A DNA stretch of 60,619 bases, counting the filler. It is 3 parts of 3 records of this genome, joined end to end, with 100 filler letters (N's around TTAATTAATTAA, not from the genome) between each part and the next. Parts side by side here need not be neighbours in the genome. Positions count along the whole stretch, not along the records: positions 1 to 28,512 come from SRR31156797_2146; 2 more parts are not named here. One strand, given 5' to 3'. Position 1 is the stretch's first letter. Every line of letters begins with the position of its first letter. The translations under genes and the position numbers were made by a program. Shown one piece after another: positions 17,408 to 25,779 of the stretch. The notes beneath the pieces are model-generated. The model saw nothing but the letters and a program-made list of their open reading frames with translations, was not told where the DNA came from and made no database searches.

Positions 17408-19702
17408 CTACCTAACCCGGAAAACCCGCGCTCCCTCGGAACTGTCTTCTACGTTAAAACCAAGTTCAAGCAGCTTATCGCGCAGACCGTCGGCTGTGGC
17501 GAAGTCTTTATTTGCGCGGGCCAGCTCGCGTTGTTCGAGCAACTCTTTGGCCTCTTCAGGCAAAGAAACGAACGGTACGGGCATGGCCTCATGGTCGAGG
17601 ATGCCTAGGATGTCGTCGACTTCCAACAATTGATCAAGGCAGAACTTTGCTTCCTTGGCGGAAAGCTTACCGCTTCCCAACTGGGAATTGATGGTCTTGG
17701 TAAAACTAAACAGGATGGGCCAGAAGCGGTGCAGCATGAGGTTGTCGTTCAGGGCCTGAGATAGACCGGACTTGAGGGTGAATACCTCTTGGTCGATATC
17801 CTCGGAAAGCTGACCGGAATCCCCGGCGTGTATGCTCAGACCTGCGGCAAGGTCCTGCAATTTCTGCTGGTTCTTGACCCACATGGAGATGGACTGTTCG
17901 CTGCACACCAACGGTTTTTTATAGGATGATGAAAGCATCCACATACGCACAGCTATGGGCTGACCCGACTGCTCAAGAAGTTCATCCACACAGGGCAATA
18001 CCGGACCGCCGGGAAGTACCGGCTGAGCGACCATCCATGCCTGCGGGGAAACTCCGGCCCCGGCCCAGATAGCGCGCAGGTTTTCCAGATGCGGAAAGCG
18101 GTGGATTTCCCCGGCCAGCATAAGACTCACTCCGGGCAATCCTTCAAGAGCTGTGACCGCCTGCTGCATAAACCAGCTGGGGCGCACATTGCCCCACTCA
18201 GTCTCGATGATGTCACCGAGTTTGAGGTCCTGCAATGTTGCGCGCTTGAGCAGGGTGAAATCGCGCGGATTTTCCTTAACATAATCATCCATGTCTACGG
18301 TCTTGCCTAGGCTGACCTTATCGATATCCATGTTGGACATCTGGCCGTAGCCCTTGTCGCGGGAGATATCAAAATACACGGACCGCAACTTCTCATAAGC
18401 CAGACCGTGGGCCAGCAAGGCACGGCAAAGCTCCACAGTACGGTCCACGGATTCCGAAGCACGTTCAAAACGCATGGATTTGCGTACACCAAGCAGGTAA
18501 GCAGCCTTGCGCACGGCAGTTGCGATTTCAGTAGAAAAAGTTTCCCGATCAACACCACGCTCACGGGAAGCGGCAAGGGTCTGGTCCTCAAGGTCGGCAA
18601 GCCCCACCAGCGCGGAAACCTTGGCTCCCTCGCGCTCCAGATGACGGGCAAGAACATCCAGCAGTACTATACGCCTGAACACTTCGGGATCATAGGGATT
18701 GTCAAAAGACGGCCCCATGGTGAAAAGACCGGTTTCAGCTTCCGAAATGGAGAGAACCCGGTCCTCGCCGCTGCTCTGATCAAAAATTTTCGGTCCTTTC
18801 AGAATCTGCGGACGAAACAGTGGTGTGGACAAATAGCGCTCCCCGCCATCGGGGAAAATGGTCACCACCAGCCCGTCTTCAAGATCGGAAGCGATGGCGG
18901 CAGCCCCGGCCATGGCAGCCCCGGAACTCATCCCCACGAACACGCCCTCTTCCTTGGCAAGACGACGACAGGATTCAAAGGCATCGTTGTCCTGTACCCG
19001 GATGATACGATCCAGCTTCTGCTTATCGTAGATTCCGGGAGGATAGGATTCCTGCATGTTTTTCAGACCCTGAATCTTATGCCCCGGTTCGGGTTCCACG
19101 GCGATCATCTGGATATCCTTATTCAGCTCCTTGAGCCGCTTGGTGATGCCCATGACTGTTCCGGTGGTACCGAGGCAGGCCACCACGTGAGTCACCTTAC
19201 CTTCGGTCTGGTCCCAGATTTCCTGTCCGGTTCCTTCATAATGAGCCTCAATGGAGGCTTCATTATTGTACTGATCCATAAGCAGGTATTTTTCCGGCTC
19301 CTCGCGGTAAAAACGATAAGCCTGTTCAATGGCTCCATCCGTTGCAAGATGTCCGGGAGTAAGCATTATCTCTGCCCCGTAGGCACGCATGATCATCTTG
19401 CGTTCCTCGGAAGCGGTCTCCGGCATGATCAGCATCAGCTTGTAACCACGTACCGCACAAGCCATAGCCAGCCCGATTCCGGTATTCCCGGAAGTGGCTT
19501 CAATGATTATTTTATCCGGGGTCAGTTCCCCGCTTTTCTCAGCCTTACGGATCATGGCCCCGGCAGCACGGTCCTTGATGGACCCTCCGGGGTTCATGGC
19601 TTCCAGCTTAGCCAGAATCTTGACATTTTTATTGGGATTGAGTCCCCTCATTTCAACAAGGGGGGTTCCACCGACCAGCTCAAGAATATTACGAGCAAAC
19701 AT
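17408..19702 (-). CDS. Cysteine synthase (CysK/CysM-type) fused to a degenerate cysteinyl-tRNA synthetase-like domain
   Basis: KLEAMNPGGSIKDR, EATSGNTGIG, GTTGT, PDGGERYLS; the C-terminal half has KENPRDFTLLK, TEWGNVRPSW, FPHLENL, RANKDFATADGLRDKL. Confidence 0.88.
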   Translation of the reverse strand: MFARNILELVGGTPLVEMRGLNPNKNVKILAKLEAMNPGGSIKDRAAGAMIRKAEKSGELTPDKIIIEATSGNTGIGLAMACAVRGYKLMLIMPETASEERKMIMRAYGAEIMLTPGHLATDGAIEQAYRFYREEPEKYLLMDQYNNEASIEAHYEGTGQEIWDQTEGKVTHVVACLGTTGTVMGITKRLKELNKDIQMIAVEPEPGHKIQGLKNMQESYPPGIYDKQKLDRIIRVQDNDAFESCRRLAKEEGVFVGMSSGAAMAGAAAIASDLEDGLVVTIFPDGGERYLSTPLFRPQILKGPKIFDQSSGEDRVLSISEAETGLFTMGPSFDNPYDPEVFRRIVLLDVLARHLEREGAKVSALVGLADLEDQTLAASRERGVDRETFSTEIATAVRKAAYLLGVRKSMRFERASESVDRTVELCRALLAHGLAYEKLRSVYFDISRDKGYGQMSNMDIDKVSLGKTVDMDDYVKENPRDFTLLKRATLQDLKLGDIIETEWGNVRPSWFMQQAVTALEGLPGVSLMLAGEIHRFPHLENLRAIWAGAGVSPQAWMVAQPVLPGGPVLPCVDELLEQSGQPIAVRMWMLSSSYKKPLVCSEQSISMWVKNQQKLQDLAAGLSIHAGDSGQLSEDIDQEVFTLKSGLSQALNDNLMLHRFWPILFSFTKTINSQLGSGKLSAKEAKFCLDQLLEVDDILGILDHEAMPVPFVSLPEEAKELLEQRELARANKDFATADGLRDKLLELGFNVEDSSEGARVFRVR

Positions 19703-19768
19703 TTTATCTAATCCTTTCAACTAATTATCTTTAAGAAAACGAATTTCAGGCCGCGCCCTTTTTATTTC

Positions 19769-19784
19769 TGGCAATCATTTTGCA
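19769..19784 (+). promoter_or_regulatory. Sigma54 -24/-12 promoter TGGCAATCATTTTGCA
   Basis: GG at 19770-71 and GC at 19782-83 with exact consensus spacing, upstream of the maf-like gene. Confidence 0.7.
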
Positions 19785-19879
19785 AACAAGGGGCAGAGGA
19801 TCATCAGTGTTTGAAATCCGGGGCAAGGAATGAACCCGGTAAAGTACAGCTAATAAACAGTCTGCCAAGGACGGAACAA

Positions 19880-21655
19880 ATGTCAGCCTATCCTTTTCTT
19901 AAAGACAACATCGAAGCTCTTGCAACATACAACCCGCCCTTTTATTCCTGGCTGAGCAGTCAGGATATTGACGAAGAGAAACTGAAAGAATCTCTCTTCA
20001 AGAATAAGTGGGACATTCTCGACTGGAAAATGGAAAACGGCAGCGGCATGTTTGAATCCGTTACGCCCAACATGATCTACAAAAGCTGGAAGGCTGAAGA
20101 AAAGCCCGAAACAAGTGCCACCTTCATTGTAGGCTGCAACGTGGGCTACGGTCTCAATCAGGTACTGATGAGCACTCCTGACACCCACAAGGTAATTGTC
20201 AGCGAACCGAATCCGGAAATGCTGCTCGCCTGTCTGGGACAGACCGATTACCGTCCATTCATGAAAGCAGGCAAACTCCATTTTTGCCCAGTCGATGAAA
20301 ACAGCCTGATGAGTATCATTAAAGAACTCGACCTTCAATTCGTATACGGCAAAATTTATTTGCGGCTGGATATGCCCAGCCAGCAACTGGGTCCGGAATA
20401 CGCACGCTGGTCTTCTACCATCCACAATAAGCTGGAATCCTTCACCGTGGAAATGACCACACTGCGCCTTAAGCAGGACGTCATGGTCGGCAATGAACTG
20501 GACAACTTTTCACGCATCCTTGAGGACGGCAGCATTAGCCCGCTCAAGGGAGCAGGACACGGCATAGGTGCGGTCATTCTCGGTGCTGGTCCCTCTCTGG
20601 CCCAGTTCGGTCCTGAACTGGCAAAGAATCCCGGACAGGCAATATTCACCACCTCATTACAGGGTCTCCCCGCTGTGCAGAAAACCGGAATCAAACCTCA
20701 CTTCTGTATCGGTATTGACTACAACGCCTCCATGGGCAGGGTCTATGACCAGCTGGACCATGAATGGGCCAAAGATATCCCGCTTATCTACTCCACCAAG
20801 CTGGATCACGAAGTACTTGCCGCCTACCCCGGACCGACGATTCCCATGTGGACCGTGGGTGGACTTGGCACCTTTGCCCTGAACAACCACGAAGAAGTTT
20901 TCGATGCCGGTAGTAACGTCAGTATCACCCTGGCAAGATTTCTCGACTGGTGCGGCTTCAGCCACATCTTGATGGTCGGACAGGATTTCGCATGGAAAGG
21001 CGAAGCATCCCACGCACCCGGTCACCAGAATGCCCAGGCTGTTAAATACAACACCTACAACCCGGCCATGCTGGTGGAACTGGAAAACGCCGACGGCGAA
21101 AAACTGACCTCCACTATCCAGTACATAACTTCCAAGCGTGAGATGGAAGACGACATCAAAAAACTGCGCGCCCCGTTCTATAACCTTTACGGCGGCTGTG
21201 CAGTAATTGAAGGCACCCGTAATGTGGATATGAATGAGGTAAACATGGAAGGTCTGCTCTCGGCAGTTCCGGGTAGCATGGACCATTTCAAAACAGCCAT
21301 GAACATGACCGCCACCCCGCGCGAAATGCCGGTATTCGAACCGCGCAGCCCAAAGTGGACCTCATCCCTGAACCACGTCACCAAGCGACTGGAAAAACTT
21401 TTCCGCAAGCATGGCAAAAATCAGGAAGAAATCCACAAAGCGCTCCACGAAGTATATTTCTTTATCAGGCAGGACCTTCTTTACTTGCCCTACCTGTATA
21501 ACGAAATCCTCGATATGGCAGGACTGGCAAGGGCAAAATCACACTACGTGCCCAAGGATCTGCCTCACTACAAGAGAATCATCAAAAAAATCCTGACCAA
21601 AGTCCGCCATATGGACCGGTCCATGAACGTGGCTGGCAACCGCAAAGCAGCCTGA
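19880..21655 (+). CDS. Motility-associated factor (Maf, MptE-like domain) flagellin glycosyltransferase family protein
   Basis: VILGAGPSL, GIKPHFCIGID, GSNVS, ILMVGQDFA motifs; N-terminal methyltransferase-like Rossmann segment. Confidence 0.8.
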   Translation: MSAYPFLKDNIEALATYNPPFYSWLSSQDIDEEKLKESLFKNKWDILDWKMENGSGMFESVTPNMIYKSWKAEEKPETSATFIVGCNVGYGLNQVLMSTPDTHKVIVSEPNPEMLLACLGQTDYRPFMKAGKLHFCPVDENSLMSIIKELDLQFVYGKIYLRLDMPSQQLGPEYARWSSTIHNKLESFTVEMTTLRLKQDVMVGNELDNFSRILEDGSISPLKGAGHGIGAVILGAGPSLAQFGPELAKNPGQAIFTTSLQGLPAVQKTGIKPHFCIGIDYNASMGRVYDQLDHEWAKDIPLIYSTKLDHEVLAAYPGPTIPMWTVGGLGTFALNNHEEVFDAGSNVSITLARFLDWCGFSHILMVGQDFAWKGEASHAPGHQNAQAVKYNTYNPAMLVELENADGEKLTSTIQYITSKREMEDDIKKLRAPFYNLYGGCAVIEGTRNVDMNEVNMEGLLSAVPGSMDHFKTAMNMTATPREMPVFEPRSPKWTSSLNHVTKRLEKLFRKHGKNQEEIHKALHEVYFFIRQDLLYLPYLYNEILDMAGLARAKSHYVPKDLPHYKRIIKKILTKVRHMDRSMNVAGNRKAA

Positions 21656-21700
21656 AAGGATCAGTCAAACCAGAACGTCCAGTAAGTTAATTCATCATAA

Positions 21701-21740
21701 GAAAGTCCCTTGCAGCACCTGCCCGCTGCAAGGGACTTTC
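21701..21740. terminator. Intrinsic terminator
   Basis: GAAAGTCCCTTGCAGC / GCTGCAAGGGACTTTC perfect stem. Confidence 0.8.
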
Positions 21741-21816
21741 GCATTGATCATTACAATCTGTTTTCATACGAAAACATTCCCTTGAATCCTCTCCCGTCAA
21801 CGTGTAAACCGTGCCC

Positions 21817-22044
21817 ATGAGTGATAATAAGCAAGACATGCCCTATCTCATGGAAGACGGCACACTGGTTATTCCGTTCTCTTGTCCGGACCACGAATAT
21901 AAGTATTGGAAAAAGGAAGGTAAAAAAATTTCCGAGATACTTGCGGACCTAAATACGGACAAGGAAACATGGTATAAATTCACCACGGACAAACACCCGG
22001 ACGATGTTCCTGCCAAGGAAGAATCCGATGACGGCGAGGAGTAG
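21817..22044 (+). CDS. Small hypothetical protein (75 aa)
   Basis: Fills the gap, has a globular-looking core (PYLMEDGTLVIPF...YKYW) and ends 4 nt before the PAP2 gene. Confidence 0.7.
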   Translation: MSDNKQDMPYLMEDGTLVIPFSCPDHEYKYWKKEGKKISEILADLNTDKETWYKFTTDKHPDDVPAKEESDDGEE

Positions 22045-22048
22045 GTAA

Positions 22049-22675
22049 TTGAATTCGTTCATTCATAAAAACCAGACCCTCTGCCATTACTTTCTGGGTT
22101 CCATGCCTCTGCTACTGATCTTCGCTACCCTTTATTTTAACTTCGGCAGTGAAGCGGAAGTGCTGACCTTTTTCAAGGCCCATGCGCAGGCCCACCCGGA
22201 CATCAAGTCACTTGCCAAGATCGTGACCCACTGGGGAAATGCCTGCTTTTACCCTATTTATCTCTGGTTTCTGATCACAGGTATTAAACAGCGAAAAACC
22301 GATAAGTCACGGTTGCGTTTTGCCCTTGTTTTTATTGGTGTGCAGCTAGCAGTTAGCCTGATCGCTGTGCGCTTTCTAAAAATCGCCATCGGCAAGCCCC
22401 GTCCGGGCGAAGGTACGTTCTTCGAACCTATGTCAATGAAGGGCGTCTATCATTCCATGCCTTCGGGCCATACATGTGAAATTTACGGGGCAAGCCTGCC
22501 CTTGATTCTACGCTACCGGAACCTGCTGCTGACCTTGGGCCTGGGCACTTTTGCCGCAACAGTCGCCTTCAGCCGCATTTACTTGAACTGGCACCATCCC
22601 AGTGATGTTTTCTGTGGCTGGATGCTGGGATCAGTAGCCGGATTCGCCATTCACCTTTTTTCCAAAGAGGACTAG
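22049..22675 (+). CDS. PAP2-family membrane phosphatase
   Basis: KIAIGKPRP, PSGH, SRIYLNWHHPSDV. Confidence 0.92.
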   Translation: MNSFIHKNQTLCHYFLGSMPLLLIFATLYFNFGSEAEVLTFFKAHAQAHPDIKSLAKIVTHWGNACFYPIYLWFLITGIKQRKTDKSRLRFALVFIGVQLAVSLIAVRFLKIAIGKPRPGEGTFFEPMSMKGVYHSMPSGHTCEIYGASLPLILRYRNLLLTLGLGTFAATVAFSRIYLNWHHPSDVFCGWMLGSVAGFAIHLFSKED

Positions 22676-22678
22676 CCC

Positions 22679-24316
22679 ATGCGCTATGAAAAAAGACCGT
22701 TCATCTGGGACATCATGGAATCCAATCCATGGCTCAGTGTCCTGTTCATTCTCTTCCTGCAGTCCATTTTCACCATGGACTATCGTTCCCTGTGGTTTTC
22801 CGATGAGGTCCGCTACGCCGACGTCTACACCCAGATGAAGGATGCCGGACACTGGCTAGTCATGTATTTAAACGGAGTTGCCTACCCGGACAAACCGCCA
22901 GTCTATTTCTGGTTTCTGTCCCTGATCGACACCCTGACCCCGGCAAACGGTATCAGTGTCTTCTTTCTTGGTTCAGCTCTTTCAGCAGCATTTTTCCTGC
23001 TTTCCACCGTAGCCCTTGCCCGCACCCTTGGTTGCGGACGTAAGACTGCTCTTGCCACCGGATTAGTGTTACTAAGCAATATTTTCTTCATCGGCATAGC
23101 CCATTATTCACGTATGGACCTGCTCTTCGGAAGTTTCATTCTCTGGGCCAACATCTGTTTGTTTAAAGGCTTTCAGAATAGGGATTGCGGAAAATACTTC
23201 CTATGGGCTTTCGGGTTCATGGGTATCGCCACCCTGACCAAAGGCCCCCTTGGACTTATCTTCCCCCTGCTCACTGCCGCCTGTTTCCTGATCTGGAAAG
23301 GCAGAGTGAAAATGCTGCGCGACAAAAGCCTGCTCAAGGGGTTGGGCATTTTGCTGATAATTCTGCTTGCGTGGGTTGCCGGTGCGCTCATCGTGGACGG
23401 ATCATCTTTCATCCACAATATCTTCTACAAGCAGATCTACCAGCGTGCGGTAAGCTCCTTCCACCACGAAGAGCCTTTCCAATATTACCTGATCGCCTTC
23501 CCGCTGGCTTGGCTGCCGTGGACTCTGGCAATTTTCGCAGCACCGCTCAAACATATATTCTCCATCGACCACTGGGTTAAAGTAACTTCCCAGCGCAAGG
23601 ATTCACAAAATGAAGGACGTGACTGGGCTTGGATCATGTTTATCAGCGGCTTTGTGCTGCTGACCTGCTTGAGCATCAAAGTACTGATCTACATCCTGCC
23701 CCTCTTTGCCCCCCTTGCCATGCTGACCGCAAGAGGTCTGCTCGGCGAAAATGGACAGGAACCGGCTCTCAATTCCAAAAGACTCTGGATTGCCATTGCC
23801 GGATTCTACCTGCTGCTCGCGGTAGCCGCACCTTTTGCCGAAGTGCTGATTCCCTTTGACATCACCCTGCACGGCCTCTCTTTCACTGTCCTGATTATGG
23901 GACTTGCCGGACTGGCCCTGCTCAAAGTAAAAGAGTCCGGTGCATACAAAGGCTTACTGGTCATGACCGCTGCCATGGTCCTCTGGCTCCAGCCGCTGGC
24001 CCTGATGACCCTGCCCTCACTTGATCCGCTCATGAGTCCTCGCCAGACCGGAAAAATGATGAAGGAATACGTTGCAGAAGGCAGCTATCCCATAGCCCAC
24101 AAAATCTATTCCGGTATCTTCTCGTACTACGCCGGGACCAACATCCACGAAACCAGCGACCTTGAAGAAATCGAAAAGGTTCTCGCAGAAAAAGATAACG
24201 TGATTCTGGTCATGCAGAAAAAATACTATGACCGCTGGGAAAACCGTCCCGAAGGAATCACAGTAGTTAATGAGCAGTTCATCTCCGACAGGCCCTATGT
24301 GCTGATCAAAAAATAA
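22679..24316 (+). CDS. ArnT/PMT-like (GT-C) lipid-linked glycosyltransferase
   Basis: DEVRYA, YPDKPPVYFW, TKGP, about 12 TM segments. Confidence 0.9.
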   Translation: MRYEKRPFIWDIMESNPWLSVLFILFLQSIFTMDYRSLWFSDEVRYADVYTQMKDAGHWLVMYLNGVAYPDKPPVYFWFLSLIDTLTPANGISVFFLGSALSAAFFLLSTVALARTLGCGRKTALATGLVLLSNIFFIGIAHYSRMDLLFGSFILWANICLFKGFQNRDCGKYFLWAFGFMGIATLTKGPLGLIFPLLTAACFLIWKGRVKMLRDKSLLKGLGILLIILLAWVAGALIVDGSSFIHNIFYKQIYQRAVSSFHHEEPFQYYLIAFPLAWLPWTLAIFAAPLKHIFSIDHWVKVTSQRKDSQNEGRDWAWIMFISGFVLLTCLSIKVLIYILPLFAPLAMLTARGLLGENGQEPALNSKRLWIAIAGFYLLLAVAAPFAEVLIPFDITLHGLSFTVLIMGLAGLALLKVKESGAYKGLLVMTAAMVLWLQPLALMTLPSLDPLMSPRQTGKMMKEYVAEGSYPIAHKIYSGIFSYYAGTNIHETSDLEEIEKVLAEKDNVILVMQKKYYDRWENRPEGITVVNEQFISDRPYVLIKK

Positions 24317-24340
24317 CTTAAGTCTGTAATAGAAAACAGT

Positions 24341-24378
24341 AAAACCCCGTTCCCGAATTAAAGGGAGCGGGGTTTTTT
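24341..24378 (+). terminator. Intrinsic terminator
   Basis: AAAACCCCGTTCCC / GGGAGCGGGGTTTTTT. Confidence 0.85.
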
Positions 24379-24474
24379 ATTTTCCAAAATCCTCAGACCA
24401 TGCTATCGTCAAGACATAAGCTACAGATACAACTGACTATACATCCGATACTTTTCATCTTTCCGGAGAGGATT

Positions 24475-25695
24475 ATGAGCCGCTCTAAAAACATACTTTT
24501 CATCGATAATGATAAAACTCAGCTGAAAAAGCTTGATAAACAACTAAGCGCCTTAAAAAAACGCTGGCAGGTTAATTACGCTTCAAACAAAGATGAAACC
24601 ATGGCCCTGCTCAGGACTAGACCCTTTGATATCATTGCCATGGAGCTTCAAGTCGAAGGTTTCGAAGGAGATGAACTCCTTGATGAAATCAAGTACCGCC
24701 AGCCCGGAAGCATCAGGTTTATTATTTCCGAGTCAGTAAATTCCGAAAATTGCCTTAAATTTGTCAAATACGCCCATCAATTCATAACCAAGCCGTATCC
24801 ACAGTCGGAATTGATAGGAAAAATCAAAAAAAGCCTGCGTCTAAAAAATGTATTTCTTAACGAGCGGGCAGCAAAGGGAATTGCTTCCATTGAAGATCTC
24901 CCCTCCATGCCGGAACTCTTTATGAAGCTCGAAAAAGAATTGAATAAAGACGATGTACTAATCAGTAATATCGGCAAAATGATTGGCGAAGACATGGGCA
25001 TGACCGCGGGATTGCTTAAACTGGTAAATTCTCCATTTTTTGGCCTCTATTCCAAAGTGACCAAACCGGAACAGGCTGTTACTCTTCTAGGTTTGGACAA
25101 CCTCAAGGGACTGGTGCTCGGAATACATCTGTTCAACTCAGTTAAAGGAACCAATATTGATTTTTCCATAGAAGAATTGGGCAAGCACTGCCAGTACACA
25201 GCCCTCATGGCCCGATCCATCATCAAAGCTGAAGGTGGCAGCAATGAACAGGCCGAGCACACTTTTCTGGCCGGATTCCTGCACGACATAGGCAAACTGG
25301 TCCTCGCCACATCCTACCCAGATGAGTACGGAACCATCCTAAGCATAGTACGTGAGACCAATATACCGGTACAGGAAGCGGAAAAGGATATTCTTGGATT
25401 TACCCATGCAGAAGTAGGTGCCTACCTGCTGGCTATCTGGGGATTTGATGAAGACGTAATTGAAGCCATATACTGCCACCACAAACCACAAAGGCTGGGC
25501 AGCGTGGACTTAAGCCCTGCCGTTGCCATCCATGTAGCGAATTCATTTGACCATGAATTACGGGTCAAAAATAGCGAATATGCCCCGCACCTGCTATCAG
25601 CTGAATGGTTGGAACAAAATGAATTCAGCTCCAAACTTCCGGAATGGCTACAAATCTGCGCAGAGACAATGGAAGAAGAAACAGAAGAAATATAA
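24475..25695 (+). CDS. REC(atypical)-HDOD domain protein
   Basis: LPSMP, LLKLVNSPFFG, AGFLHDIGKL, THAEVGAYLLAIW; GGAGAGG before ATG 24475. Confidence 0.9.
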   Translation: MSRSKNILFIDNDKTQLKKLDKQLSALKKRWQVNYASNKDETMALLRTRPFDIIAMELQVEGFEGDELLDEIKYRQPGSIRFIISESVNSENCLKFVKYAHQFITKPYPQSELIGKIKKSLRLKNVFLNERAAKGIASIEDLPSMPELFMKLEKELNKDDVLISNIGKMIGEDMGMTAGLLKLVNSPFFGLYSKVTKPEQAVTLLGLDNLKGLVLGIHLFNSVKGTNIDFSIEELGKHCQYTALMARSIIKAEGGSNEQAEHTFLAGFLHDIGKLVLATSYPDEYGTILSIVRETNIPVQEAEKDILGFTHAEVGAYLLAIWGFDEDVIEAIYCHHKPQRLGSVDLSPAVAIHVANSFDHELRVKNSEYAPHLLSAEWLEQNEFSSKLPEWLQICAETMEEETEEI

Positions 25696-25696
25696 T

Positions 25697-25740
25697 AAAA
25701 AAACAGCCCATCAAATCCACATAGACTCGATGGGCTGATT
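25697..25740. terminator. Terminator between convergent HDOD and nadE genes
   Basis: CAGCCCATC / GATGGGCTG stem with an A-tract on the left side. Confidence 0.65.
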
Positions 25741-25779
25741 TCTTGTAATCTCAAAACATTCTTTTCAAAGCAGGAAAAG

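Noticed and set aside
18407-19711. 434-aa plus-strand ORF
   Set aside because: Antisense shadow of the cysteine synthase fusion
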